64,000 nucleotides of DNA from a virus (taxonomy: Duplodnaviria; Caudoviricetes). Position numbers and translations under genes: made by a program. Below the pieces are notes generated by a model. That model was given only the letters and a program-made list of their open reading frames with translations. It was not told the DNA's origin and ran no database searches. Location of the stretch: positions 96,001 through 160,000 of IMG/VR virus record IMGVR_UViG_3300037466_003648; one strand, 5' to 3'. This document shows positions 17,483 to 25,280 of the stretch, in pieces (within the stretch, counting starts at the first letter, position 1; every line of letters begins with the position of its first letter).

Positions 17483-18550
17483 ATGTCCGAGCAGACCCCG
17501 GAAACCACGGATCTCACCACCCAAGGCACCACGGCGCTCAGCACCGGCGCGGAGAACGCGCTGGCTTTGCTGATGCAGGCGGAGGAGAGCCTGGAGCAAG
17601 TCTACGACCAGATGACCGCCATGTCGGAGAACAACATGGGCGGCGCGGGTGCGGGCTCGTCTGGCTACGACTTCACCGGCAAGGTGAAGGTCGAGGTCCA
17701 GCGTAACGGCACGCTGGTCTTCCAGAACCCGTTCACCGGCAAGATCGACGGCGGCAACTCGATCAGCATCGTCCCCATCTCCGTCAAGTTCCAGCTGCAG
17801 CGCTGGTTCGGCGAGAAGGAGGAGATCGAAGGCATCGACAAGGAGAAGCAGAAGGGTCCCCTCTGCCGCTCCGTCATGTTCGAGGAGCCCGTCCCGACGC
17901 GCAACGCCGAGACCGGCGAGATGGAGAACGCCATCAACGAGACCGGCTGGTTCCACCAGCCTGCGATGTCCGCCTACAACGCGCGTCGCATGCTGCCCAC
18001 GCTCACCGGCAACCACGGCTGCGACGGCAAGAGCGGCATGACCCTCTGTGCCGACTGCCCGATGGCTGTTCAGGGCTACAAGGGCAACGAGCAGGGCGGC
18101 AAGTGCGGCCCCATCGGCATGGTCGAGTGCGTCATCTTCCAGGTCAACGACGAGTTCCTGCCGCAGCCGGTCTACGCGTACGTCAAGATGTCGGTCACCT
18201 CGATCATCGAGTACGTGGAGTTCCTCAAGCAGATCAAGAAGGTGCACAAGGACCCACGCACCGGCAAGGAGCTGCAGTCGCCCGTGATGCGCCTGATCCT
18301 GAAGCTCACCTGCGAGTCGCAGACCAGCGGCGCGAAGAGCTGGGGCAAGCTGAACTACCACGCCTTCGGCGCGGTCAACCCCAGCACCGAGCAGGGCCAG
18401 AACATCACGAAGACCATGGCGACCGCCATCGAGCTGACGACGGCCAAGCTGGCCGAGATCGCCGAGAAGGACGCCAGCAAGGCCAACAACAAGGGCAACG
18501 CGGGTGGTGGCGGCACCACCCAGGTTGCCAAGGCGGGCGCGCCCTTCTAG
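17483..18550 (+). CDS. hypothetical replication-module protein, possibly ssDNA-binding or annealing
   Basis: 355 aa, very biased codons, CADCP...KCG Cys cluster, flexible tail ending in PF. The function is inference only. Confidence 0.4.
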   Translation: MSEQTPETTDLTTQGTTALSTGAENALALLMQAEESLEQVYDQMTAMSENNMGGAGAGSSGYDFTGKVKVEVQRNGTLVFQNPFTGKIDGGNSISIVPISVKFQLQRWFGEKEEIEGIDKEKQKGPLCRSVMFEEPVPTRNAETGEMENAINETGWFHQPAMSAYNARRMLPTLTGNHGCDGKSGMTLCADCPMAVQGYKGNEQGGKCGPIGMVECVIFQVNDEFLPQPVYAYVKMSVTSIIEYVEFLKQIKKVHKDPRTGKELQSPVMRLILKLTCESQTSGAKSWGKLNYHAFGAVNPSTEQGQNITKTMATAIELTTAKLAEIAEKDASKANNKGNAGGGGTTQVAKAGAPF

Positions 18551-18568
18551 GCGATCCCACCCTTGGGG

Positions 18569-18613
18569 TTTACAACGAGCGCTGGAGTGGTATACTCACT
18601 CCAGCGCTTGTTG
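18569..18613 (+). promoter_or_regulatory. promoter whose -10 box forms the loop of a 17-bp hairpin (also a possible terminator)
   Basis: TTTACA-16 nt-TATACT with extended TG; arms 18573-18589 and 18597-18613 pair with one G-T. Confidence 0.7.
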
Positions 18614-18635
18614 CTTATCTGCTAAGGGAACAACT

Positions 18636-18857
18636 ATGACGACGATCCAACAGGACGACTCGTGGAAGAACATGCTCTCGGCCGCTCTTGACCCGTGCAA
18701 GAACGAACCCGTGACGCTCTACTTCTCGGAGGACTCCAACGCCAGCCGCGGCGTCTTCGAGGTGTTGTACACCTCCGGCGACGACGTTATCGTCTCCATC
18801 CCCAAGGACCAGATCGACCAGGTGCTCGCACCCCACGTCAACCTCAACCGCCACTAG
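18636..18857 (+). CDS. small hypothetical protein
   Basis: AAGGGA RBS before ATG 18636. Confidence 0.6.
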   Translation: MTTIQQDDSWKNMLSAALDPCKNEPVTLYFSEDSNASRGVFEVLYTSGDDVIVSIPKDQIDQVLAPHVNLNRH

Positions 18858-18866
18858 GAGGGCACC

Positions 18867-19277
18867 ATGGGCCATTTCAAGATCGGCGTCGCGCGTCTCG
18901 ACAACGCCAGCGATCCGCACCCGGACCCTGCTCAAGGGTTCGACACCTACGTCAAGTTCATCGACGACGAGGGCAAGGAGCACAGCATCCCGGCAACCGG
19001 GGTCGACGTCCAGCTGCGCGCCGGTCGCGCGGTGAACCTCGTCGCCATCACCACCGGTGCGTTCGAGCTGGATCTGCCTGGTTGCGTGGTCGACTTGATC
19101 CGCGATCCCGACGTCAATATGGAGAACACCTTCGACGCCAACCGCCGCAGCCACGTCCTCTCCGTCACCCCGGACGACCAGTTCAAGGCGGCTATCCTCG
19201 AAGCCATCGAAGTGGAAGCTCCTGGCACGAAGGCGAAGGTCTTGAAGCGCTTGGCCGAGCTGAAGGGAGAGGTGTAG
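18867..19277 (+). CDS. hypothetical protein whose C-terminal module is shared with 33976-34578
   Basis: AGGAGG RBS; C-terminus FKAAILEAIEVEAPGTKAKVLKRLAEL. Confidence 0.7.
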   Translation: MGHFKIGVARLDNASDPHPDPAQGFDTYVKFIDDEGKEHSIPATGVDVQLRAGRAVNLVAITTGAFELDLPGCVVDLIRDPDVNMENTFDANRRSHVLSVTPDDQFKAAILEAIEVEAPGTKAKVLKRLAELKGEV

Positions 19278-19278
19278 C

Positions 19279-20196
19279 GTGGCGCCCCGTGGTAAGTTCA
19301 TCCCGCCGTCCGGCATCGTCGTCGTGTTCGACTTCGAGACCACCGGCCTCGACCCCGCCGACGGCTCCGAGCCCATCGAGATCGCGGCCATCGCGATCGA
19401 TACGCGCAAGTGCCCGGAGTACCCCGAAGTGGGTCGCTTCCCGGCGCGCGTGATGCGCGTCACCAACACCGCCAAGTTGACGGAGACCTATGATGTTCGC
19501 GTAGGCGACACCCTCGACTCCATCGCGGGTGCGCACAAGACCACCACCGCCTGCCTGCGTGAGCTGAACCAGGTCGACTGGATCGACAGCATCAACCCCG
19601 GCGACGAGATCATCGTGCCGAGCGGTGCGCTGGGCGTGAACGGCAAGACGCCCCGCCAGGTGCTGGAGGGCGAGGACCCGGTTAAGGTCTTCCAGGAGTT
19701 CATCGACTGGTGTGGCAAGGTCACCGGTGCCCGCCACGGCAGCGTCAAGTGCATGCTCGCGGGCCACAACACCCAGTTCGACGTGCGCTTCCTCAAGGCG
19801 GCGCTGAAGCAGCACCTGCCGACCTTCGACTACGAGTCGTTGTTCGACTACCACGACCTGTGCTCGCACAAGGTCTTCCACTTCCGCCACGTCATGGTCA
19901 GCAAGCGCTCGCAGTTCTCGAACCTCGTGCGTGCCACCAAGATGTACGGCATCCCACACAGCGCCCACGAGGCGATGGGCGATGTGGAAGCCACGGTCGA
20001 AGTGTTCCGTCGCATGGCGACCGAAGAGAAGCAACTGGGCAGCGTCCAGCAGCTGGCCGCGGCTCTGCCGCACGTCCTGTACGGCTCGGCCGGTGACATC
20101 GACATGGTGAAGCTGGAAGCCCTGATCAAGCAGGTCTACCCGTCGATCAACACGAGCGACGAGTCGACCTTCCCCGTCCCCGCCCTCGCCGACTAG
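19279..20196 (+). CDS. DEDDh 3'-5' exonuclease (DnaQ/epsilon-like) with an inserted LysM domain
   Basis: DFETTG, GHNTQFD, HEAMGD; LysM-like YDVRVGDTLDSIA...LRELN...INPGDEIIVP at 19486-19620. Confidence 0.85.
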   Translation: MAPRGKFIPPSGIVVVFDFETTGLDPADGSEPIEIAAIAIDTRKCPEYPEVGRFPARVMRVTNTAKLTETYDVRVGDTLDSIAGAHKTTTACLRELNQVDWIDSINPGDEIIVPSGALGVNGKTPRQVLEGEDPVKVFQEFIDWCGKVTGARHGSVKCMLAGHNTQFDVRFLKAALKQHLPTFDYESLFDYHDLCSHKVFHFRHVMVSKRSQFSNLVRATKMYGIPHSAHEAMGDVEATVEVFRRMATEEKQLGSVQQLAAALPHVLYGSAGDIDMVKLEALIKQVYPSINTSDESTFPVPALAD

Positions 20197-20204
20197 GAGG
20201 TCTT

Positions 20205-20774
20205 ATGTCCGCACCGACCCGCGAAACCCTCATCGTCAATCTGTTCGCCGGACCCGGTGCGGGCAAGTCTACCCTCGCGGCGGGCTTGTTCTACAAGCTC
20301 AAGATGGACAAGCAGCTGCAGGTCGAGTACATCCAGGAGTACGCGAAGGACAAGACCTGGCAGTCGGAGGCGTTCACCCTCCAGTGTCAGCCGTATATCA
20401 CCGCCAAGCAGCTCTACCGGCAGCACCGCCTGTTGGGCAAGGTGGACGTGGTGATCACCGACGCACCTCTACTGCACGGCTTGATCTACCCCGGTCACTA
20501 CACCGGCCCCGACTTCGAGAAGTGGTTGGTCACCACCTTCCACAGCTTCTGGAACCAGAACATCCTGCTCGTGCGCGATGAAGACCCCGCCAACTACGAA
20601 GGTTACGGACGCTCCCAGACCTTTGACGAAGCGCGTGCCATCGACGAGCGGACCAAGGAGATCCTAGAAACGGCTGGTGTCGGTTACTGCACCGTACCTG
20701 CCCAGGGTCACGAGACCGTTGATCGTCTGGCCGACCTCGTGAACGCTGTCTACCGAGAGGCGAACAAGTCGTGA
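20205..20774 (+). CDS. P-loop kinase, AAA_28-like (copy 3, different subfamily)
   Basis: NLFAGPGAGKST, EYIQEYAK, ITDAPL, GRSQT. Confidence 0.75.
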   Translation: MSAPTRETLIVNLFAGPGAGKSTLAAGLFYKLKMDKQLQVEYIQEYAKDKTWQSEAFTLQCQPYITAKQLYRQHRLLGKVDVVITDAPLLHGLIYPGHYTGPDFEKWLVTTFHSFWNQNILLVRDEDPANYEGYGRSQTFDEARAIDERTKEILETAGVGYCTVPAQGHETVDRLADLVNAVYREANKS

Positions 20775-22348
20775 GTTACACTCTCACCTGCGACGGGCGC
20801 CAGGTGTCCATAGGACCCCGGCTGCCCGACGCGATCTACGAGACCTTGAAGAAGGTCTTGAGCTACGAGCCCACGGGTGGCGAGTGGGCACCGAACCACC
20901 AGCGCAACCAGTGGAAGACGGGTGCGGACGGCAAGCGGCAGTACAACCGGCAGGCGCACTGGGACGGCAAGGTCGCGGTCATCAAAAAGAACCGCCAAGG
21001 CCAGCCTCACACCTTCCCGCTGGGTCTTCTGGACGTGGCGATGGAAACCCTGCAGCAGTTCAAGGGATACCAGTTCATGGTGGTCGACGAGATCACCCAC
21101 GTTCCGCCCACCGAGGACACACTGCATGGCCGAACGGTGCCCCTCAAAGGCGAACCCACCACCATCGAGATCCGTGACTACCAGGCACGGATCACCACCG
21201 CGTTGCTCAAGCGCACGCACGCCATGGCCGAGCTGGCTACGGGCGGTGGCAAGAGCATCATCATCGGCGAGCTGAACATCAAGTTCCCCACGCTGCGTCG
21301 GTTGGTCACCGTTCCCTCCAAGTCCCTGATGCACCAGACCGCGGCCGACCTGGAAGCGATGCTGGGCGTCAAGGTGGGCCGGTTGGGGGATGGCCTTCAC
21401 CAGGTGGAGGACATCACGGTTGCCATCATCAACTCGGTCTCGTACGCACTGACGGAGAAGGGCCGAACCGCCCGCCCCGACATCGCTGCGTGGATCGAGG
21501 GTGTCCAGATGTGGGTGTGTGACGAGAGTCACCTGTCCTCCACCGACCAGTACAAGGCGGTGGATGAGGCAATGCCACTCACGCAGCGTCGCTACGGTGT
21601 GTCGGCCACGCTGATCCGCGAAGACGGTGCGGAGATGGTCTTCCACGGGATGTTCGGACCCATCGTCGAGCAGGTCCCCGCAATGGAGCTGATCAACCTC
21701 GGCTGGTTGGTGCGCCCCCGCATCGAGATGCACGTCATCGAGCACAACTACATCCATGACGGCGAGGGCAAGAAGCCCAAGTTCGATGATGTGTACGCCG
21801 CCTGCATCACCTACGACCTCGAACGCAACCTGTTCTTTGCGCGGCAAGCCAAGCGCTGTCTCGACGAGAACCGTTGGCCGGTGCTGATCCTGGTTTCCGA
21901 CCTGGAGCACGGCGCCAACCTGCAAGACCTCATCGCGCAGTATGGCCGCACGGCCTTCCTGCAGGGCGAGGACAAGCAGAAGGTGCGCGACAACGTGCTC
22001 AAGATGCTCAAGCGGGGAGAGCTGCCCTTCTTGGTGGCTTCGACCATCTTCGACATCGGTGTGGACATCCCGCCCCTGCGGGCGGTGTTGCTTGCCGGGT
22101 CTGGCAAGGCACAGAGCCGTGCCGCCCAGCGCGTTGGTCGCGGACTCCGTCCCGACGAGCGATCGGTCTTGGTGCAGCTCGTAGGCCCCAAGGATGAAGT
22201 GCTGATCATCGATGCCGAAGATCGCGAGAAGTACTTCCTTCACGGACACAGCGGCCTGCGCAGGAACTTCTTCGACATGTACTACCCCGGCTGCCGCAGC
22301 ACCTGGAAGAACGGCAAGAAGCTGCAAGAGTTCGGCGACCTCTTCTAG
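20771..22348 (+). CDS. superfamily 2 DNA helicase (UvsW/RadD-like)
   Basis: IRDYQ, ATGGGKS, DESH, SAT, QRVGRGLR. Confidence 0.88.
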   Translation: MSYTLTCDGRQVSIGPRLPDAIYETLKKVLSYEPTGGEWAPNHQRNQWKTGADGKRQYNRQAHWDGKVAVIKKNRQGQPHTFPLGLLDVAMETLQQFKGYQFMVVDEITHVPPTEDTLHGRTVPLKGEPTTIEIRDYQARITTALLKRTHAMAELATGGGKSIIIGELNIKFPTLRRLVTVPSKSLMHQTAADLEAMLGVKVGRLGDGLHQVEDITVAIINSVSYALTEKGRTARPDIAAWIEGVQMWVCDESHLSSTDQYKAVDEAMPLTQRRYGVSATLIREDGAEMVFHGMFGPIVEQVPAMELINLGWLVRPRIEMHVIEHNYIHDGEGKKPKFDDVYAACITYDLERNLFFARQAKRCLDENRWPVLILVSDLEHGANLQDLIAQYGRTAFLQGEDKQKVRDNVLKMLKRGELPFLVASTIFDIGVDIPPLRAVLLAGSGKAQSRAAQRVGRGLRPDERSVLVQLVGPKDEVLIIDAEDREKYFLHGHSGLRRNFFDMYYPGCRSTWKNGKKLQEFGDLF

Positions 22349-22356
22349 GAGCCCCC

Positions 22357-23607
22357 ATGGACATCAAGGACATCAAGGCGGAGATCGAGTCGTCGATCCC
22401 CATCTCCGCATTGGCGAACAGCCGCGACCGGCAGATTCAGTGCCCCTTCCACCACTCGCGCGACCCCGACATGAAGCTCGCCCACGACACCAACATGTGG
22501 CGTTGCTTCGGGGCGTGTGACGACGGGAAGTGGCACTCGATCTACGACTGGGTCATGGTGCGCGACGGCGTCGACTACAGCTCCGCGCTCAAGATCCTGG
22601 CCGACGAAGCCGGGGTGTCCTTCGCTCCCAACAAGGAGCGGACGCAGGTGCTGTCCGCTTCTCAGAGCTACTACTACGAGCAGCTGCTGAAGGCGCCGCA
22701 CGTCTTGGAGTACCTGCATCGGCGGGGCTTCCCGGACAGCCTGCTCTTCCAGCGGCAGATCGGCTACGCGCCGGAGGGGTTCTTCCCCAACACGGTCACC
22801 CTGCGTCAGCTGACGGACGTCGGTCTGATGAAGGTCGGTATGTACAAGCCCTACCCCTTCTTCTCCGACCGGATCGTCTACCCTGTCTACGACCATCAGT
22901 ACAACCTGGTGCAGATGCAGGGACGGTTGGTGGGCAGCCCCGAGGTTCCCGAAGGCAAGCACATGCCCAAGTACCTGGCGCTGTCGACCGAGGTCGAGCT
23001 GAAGGGGCGGTCGATCTACCACTGCCTGGGTGGCGAGGAGATCCTGAAGAAGGGCGGCATTCCCTACGTCTTCCTGGGCGAGGGATGGCCCGACCGCGAG
23101 ACCCTGACCGCCTGGGACCTCAACGCGGTCAACCTCTTCGGCCACTCCGGCATGGAGAAGCACGCGTCGAAGCTCAAGGGTGTCAAGGAAGTCTATGTGG
23201 TCCTGGACCCGGACGAGGCGAGCCAGCGCAAGTTGCTCAACGGCTTGTACGCGCTCGCCATCAAGATTCCCGAGGTTTCGTTCTTCGTGATCGACTTGGG
23301 ACCTATCACCAACGGCCTCGACCTCAACGACTGGGGGATGAGCGGCAAGCCTGCTGGTGAGCTGCTCGGCGTGCGCAAGGACGAAGCCAAGATCGACGCG
23401 CTGCGCAATGCCTGCGTCAACGCCACGCCCCTGCCCCAGGCGCTCATCAACACCTGGGGTCAGCACCCTCATCTCATCGAGATGGTCGCGCGCTTCGTGG
23501 CCCGGATGCCGGACCGCGAGCGCTGGGTGCACGCGTTGGCCCAGCGTGTTGGAGAGCCTGCCCGTTCCATCGAGTTCTTGATCCGTGTGTTGACCCCCGA
23601 GAGTTAG
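22357..23607 (+). CDS. dnaG: DNA primase (CHC2 zinc finger plus TOPRIM)
   Basis: CPFH...WRCFGAC, YL..RG, FSDRIVYP, GRLV..P...KY, EGWPD. Confidence 0.88.
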   Translation: MDIKDIKAEIESSIPISALANSRDRQIQCPFHHSRDPDMKLAHDTNMWRCFGACDDGKWHSIYDWVMVRDGVDYSSALKILADEAGVSFAPNKERTQVLSASQSYYYEQLLKAPHVLEYLHRRGFPDSLLFQRQIGYAPEGFFPNTVTLRQLTDVGLMKVGMYKPYPFFSDRIVYPVYDHQYNLVQMQGRLVGSPEVPEGKHMPKYLALSTEVELKGRSIYHCLGGEEILKKGGIPYVFLGEGWPDRETLTAWDLNAVNLFGHSGMEKHASKLKGVKEVYVVLDPDEASQRKLLNGLYALAIKIPEVSFFVIDLGPITNGLDLNDWGMSGKPAGELLGVRKDEAKIDALRNACVNATPLPQALINTWGQHPHLIEMVARFVARMPDRERWVHALAQRVGEPARSIEFLIRVLTPES

Positions 23608-23615
23608 GAGAACCC

Positions 23616-24020
23616 ATGCCCTGGTACGAAGAGTTCAAGATCAACGTCCGCGCCGATGAAAACGGCAACCCCGTCCCCCAGCACCAGATCAACCTGAGCA
23701 GCAAGATGCCGCCCATCCCGCGTAACCCCGGCAACGTGTGGGTGTTCGTCGAAGGGCGTTTGTTGGCGCCCGAGCTGCAGTGGCGGCAGGTCGGTCAGCG
23801 TGAGATCGCGTGTCTGCCGATCAACCCCGGTCAGCATTGGCACGTCAAGATCTGGCTCGATAAGCCGTACGAGGGCACCACCTACACGACGCCCGACAGC
23901 ATGCAGAACGCGGACCCCAATTCCGCCCATGTGCAGGGCATCGTCGAGCAGGGGCGGCATGCCGATCCGAACGCCAACATCAGCATCGGTCGCACGCACC
24001 AAGGGCCGCGGTACCAATGA
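23616..24020 (+). CDS. hypothetical protein
   Basis: AGGAG RBS; ATGA overlap with rnhB. Confidence 0.6.
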   Translation: MPWYEEFKINVRADENGNPVPQHQINLSSKMPPIPRNPGNVWVFVEGRLLAPELQWRQVGQREIACLPINPGQHWHVKIWLDKPYEGTTYTTPDSMQNADPNSAHVQGIVEQGRHADPNANISIGRTHQGPRYQ

Positions 24021-24760
24021 GCAACGTCATCGGCATCGACGAGGTCGGTTGGGGCGCGCTCGCGGGTCCTGTGGTCGTGTGTGCGGCCAGCGTTCCGTTC
24101 GGGCAGTGGGACGTGCTCAAGGGCTGGGGCTTCCGGGACTCCAAGAAGGTCGGCAACGATCCTAAGAAGGTGTCACCCAACCCCCGCACCCGCTACTCGG
24201 CCAACACCTGCGATAAGCTGGTTGACCTGTTGGAGTCGGATGCTGGGAAGGGTTTGGCAACCTGGGCAATCGGCCACGCGGACGCAGCCGATGTCGACCG
24301 CGAGACCCCGCTCTCTGCCAAGAACCGCATCATCCGCACGGCGTTCATGCAGCTGTGTCTCGCCAATGGGTGGGACATGGCGCACGACGTCGAGGTGATC
24401 ATGGACGGCCAGGACAAGGTGCCGACCCTGCCCGAGTGTGTGCCGCAGGAAGCCATTCCCAAGGCGGACGACCTCATCCTGCCCGTGTCGGTCGCGTCGG
24501 TGATTGCCAAGAGCTACCGGGACAAGCTGATGCGCCAGCTTCACACGCGCTACCCCGCCTACGGCTTCGACACCAATGTCGGCTATGGGACGGAGAAGCA
24601 CTTCGAGGCGTTGATCAAGTACGGCCCTATCCCCGGTGTTCACCGGCTTTGCTACGTCAAGAGCCAGGTGGAGAAGTACTACTACCGCACGTACACCGAC
24701 CGCGACCAACGGCGTAAGGCGCTCCCCAAGTGGGTAAATGACCTGGGTTGGGCGCGCTAA
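24017..24760 (+). CDS. rnhB: ribonuclease HII
   Basis: GIDEVG.G.LAGPVV, DSKK, MDG, KAD, ASVIAK..RD, YGF..NVGYGT, HR. Confidence 0.93.
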   Translation: MSNVIGIDEVGWGALAGPVVVCAASVPFGQWDVLKGWGFRDSKKVGNDPKKVSPNPRTRYSANTCDKLVDLLESDAGKGLATWAIGHADAADVDRETPLSAKNRIIRTAFMQLCLANGWDMAHDVEVIMDGQDKVPTLPECVPQEAIPKADDLILPVSVASVIAKSYRDKLMRQLHTRYPAYGFDTNVGYGTEKHFEALIKYGPIPGVHRLCYVKSQVEKYYYRTYTDRDQRRKALPKWVNDLGWAR

Positions 24761-24770
24761 AGGAGAACTC

Positions 24771-25007
24771 ATGGAAAAGTTTGGTGTCATTGCTCTGTTG
24801 GTGCTCGTCGCTTTGTGCGGCTGCCCGGAGAAGAAGGCGGAATACCTCAATCCGGGTTGGAACTACGAGTCCATCAACATGATTCATGACGAAGGCACCT
24901 TGGTGTACCGACTGAACAGCGGTTGGGCGATCTACGACAAGACGAACGAGGGCCGCATCGTCATCATCCGTCGGTGGGGTGGCCCCGGTCCCGCGCCGAA
25001 GGAGTAG
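24771..25007 (+). CDS. predicted lipoprotein
   Basis: Hydrophobic signal ending in LCGC lipobox; AAGGAG RBS before ATG 24771. Confidence 0.6.
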   Translation: MEKFGVIALLVLVALCGCPEKKAEYLNPGWNYESINMIHDEGTLVYRLNSGWAIYDKTNEGRIVIIRRWGGPGPAPKE

Positions 25008-25010
25008 CAC

Positions 25011-25268
25011 ATGTACTTTCAGAAAGCGTCGGAGGCCGTTCACGCGGTGCTCCGCAAGTGCGAACTGCAGACCCAGAAGGGCACCCACCCAGATGACCAG
25101 AGCCACTTCAGCGACGACCTCCAGATCGACGATCTCGAAGAGCTGGAGCTGATCATGTTCCTCGAAAAGGAGCTGGACATCGAGATTCCCGACGAAGATG
25201 TCGCCGACCTGCGTAATCAAACTGTCGACTGGCTCATCAAGTACCTGATGATCAACCACCATCACTAG
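25011..25268 (+). CDS. acyl carrier protein-like protein with Asp replacing the attachment Ser
   Basis: DDLQIDDLEELELIMFLEKELDIEIPDED aligns with the ACP pattern DLG.DSLD..EL.M..E.EF.IEIPDE. Confidence 0.82.
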   Translation: MYFQKASEAVHAVLRKCELQTQKGTHPDDQSHFSDDLQIDDLEELELIMFLEKELDIEIPDEDVADLRNQTVDWLIKYLMINHHH

Positions 25269-25280
25269 AAGGAGAACCCC

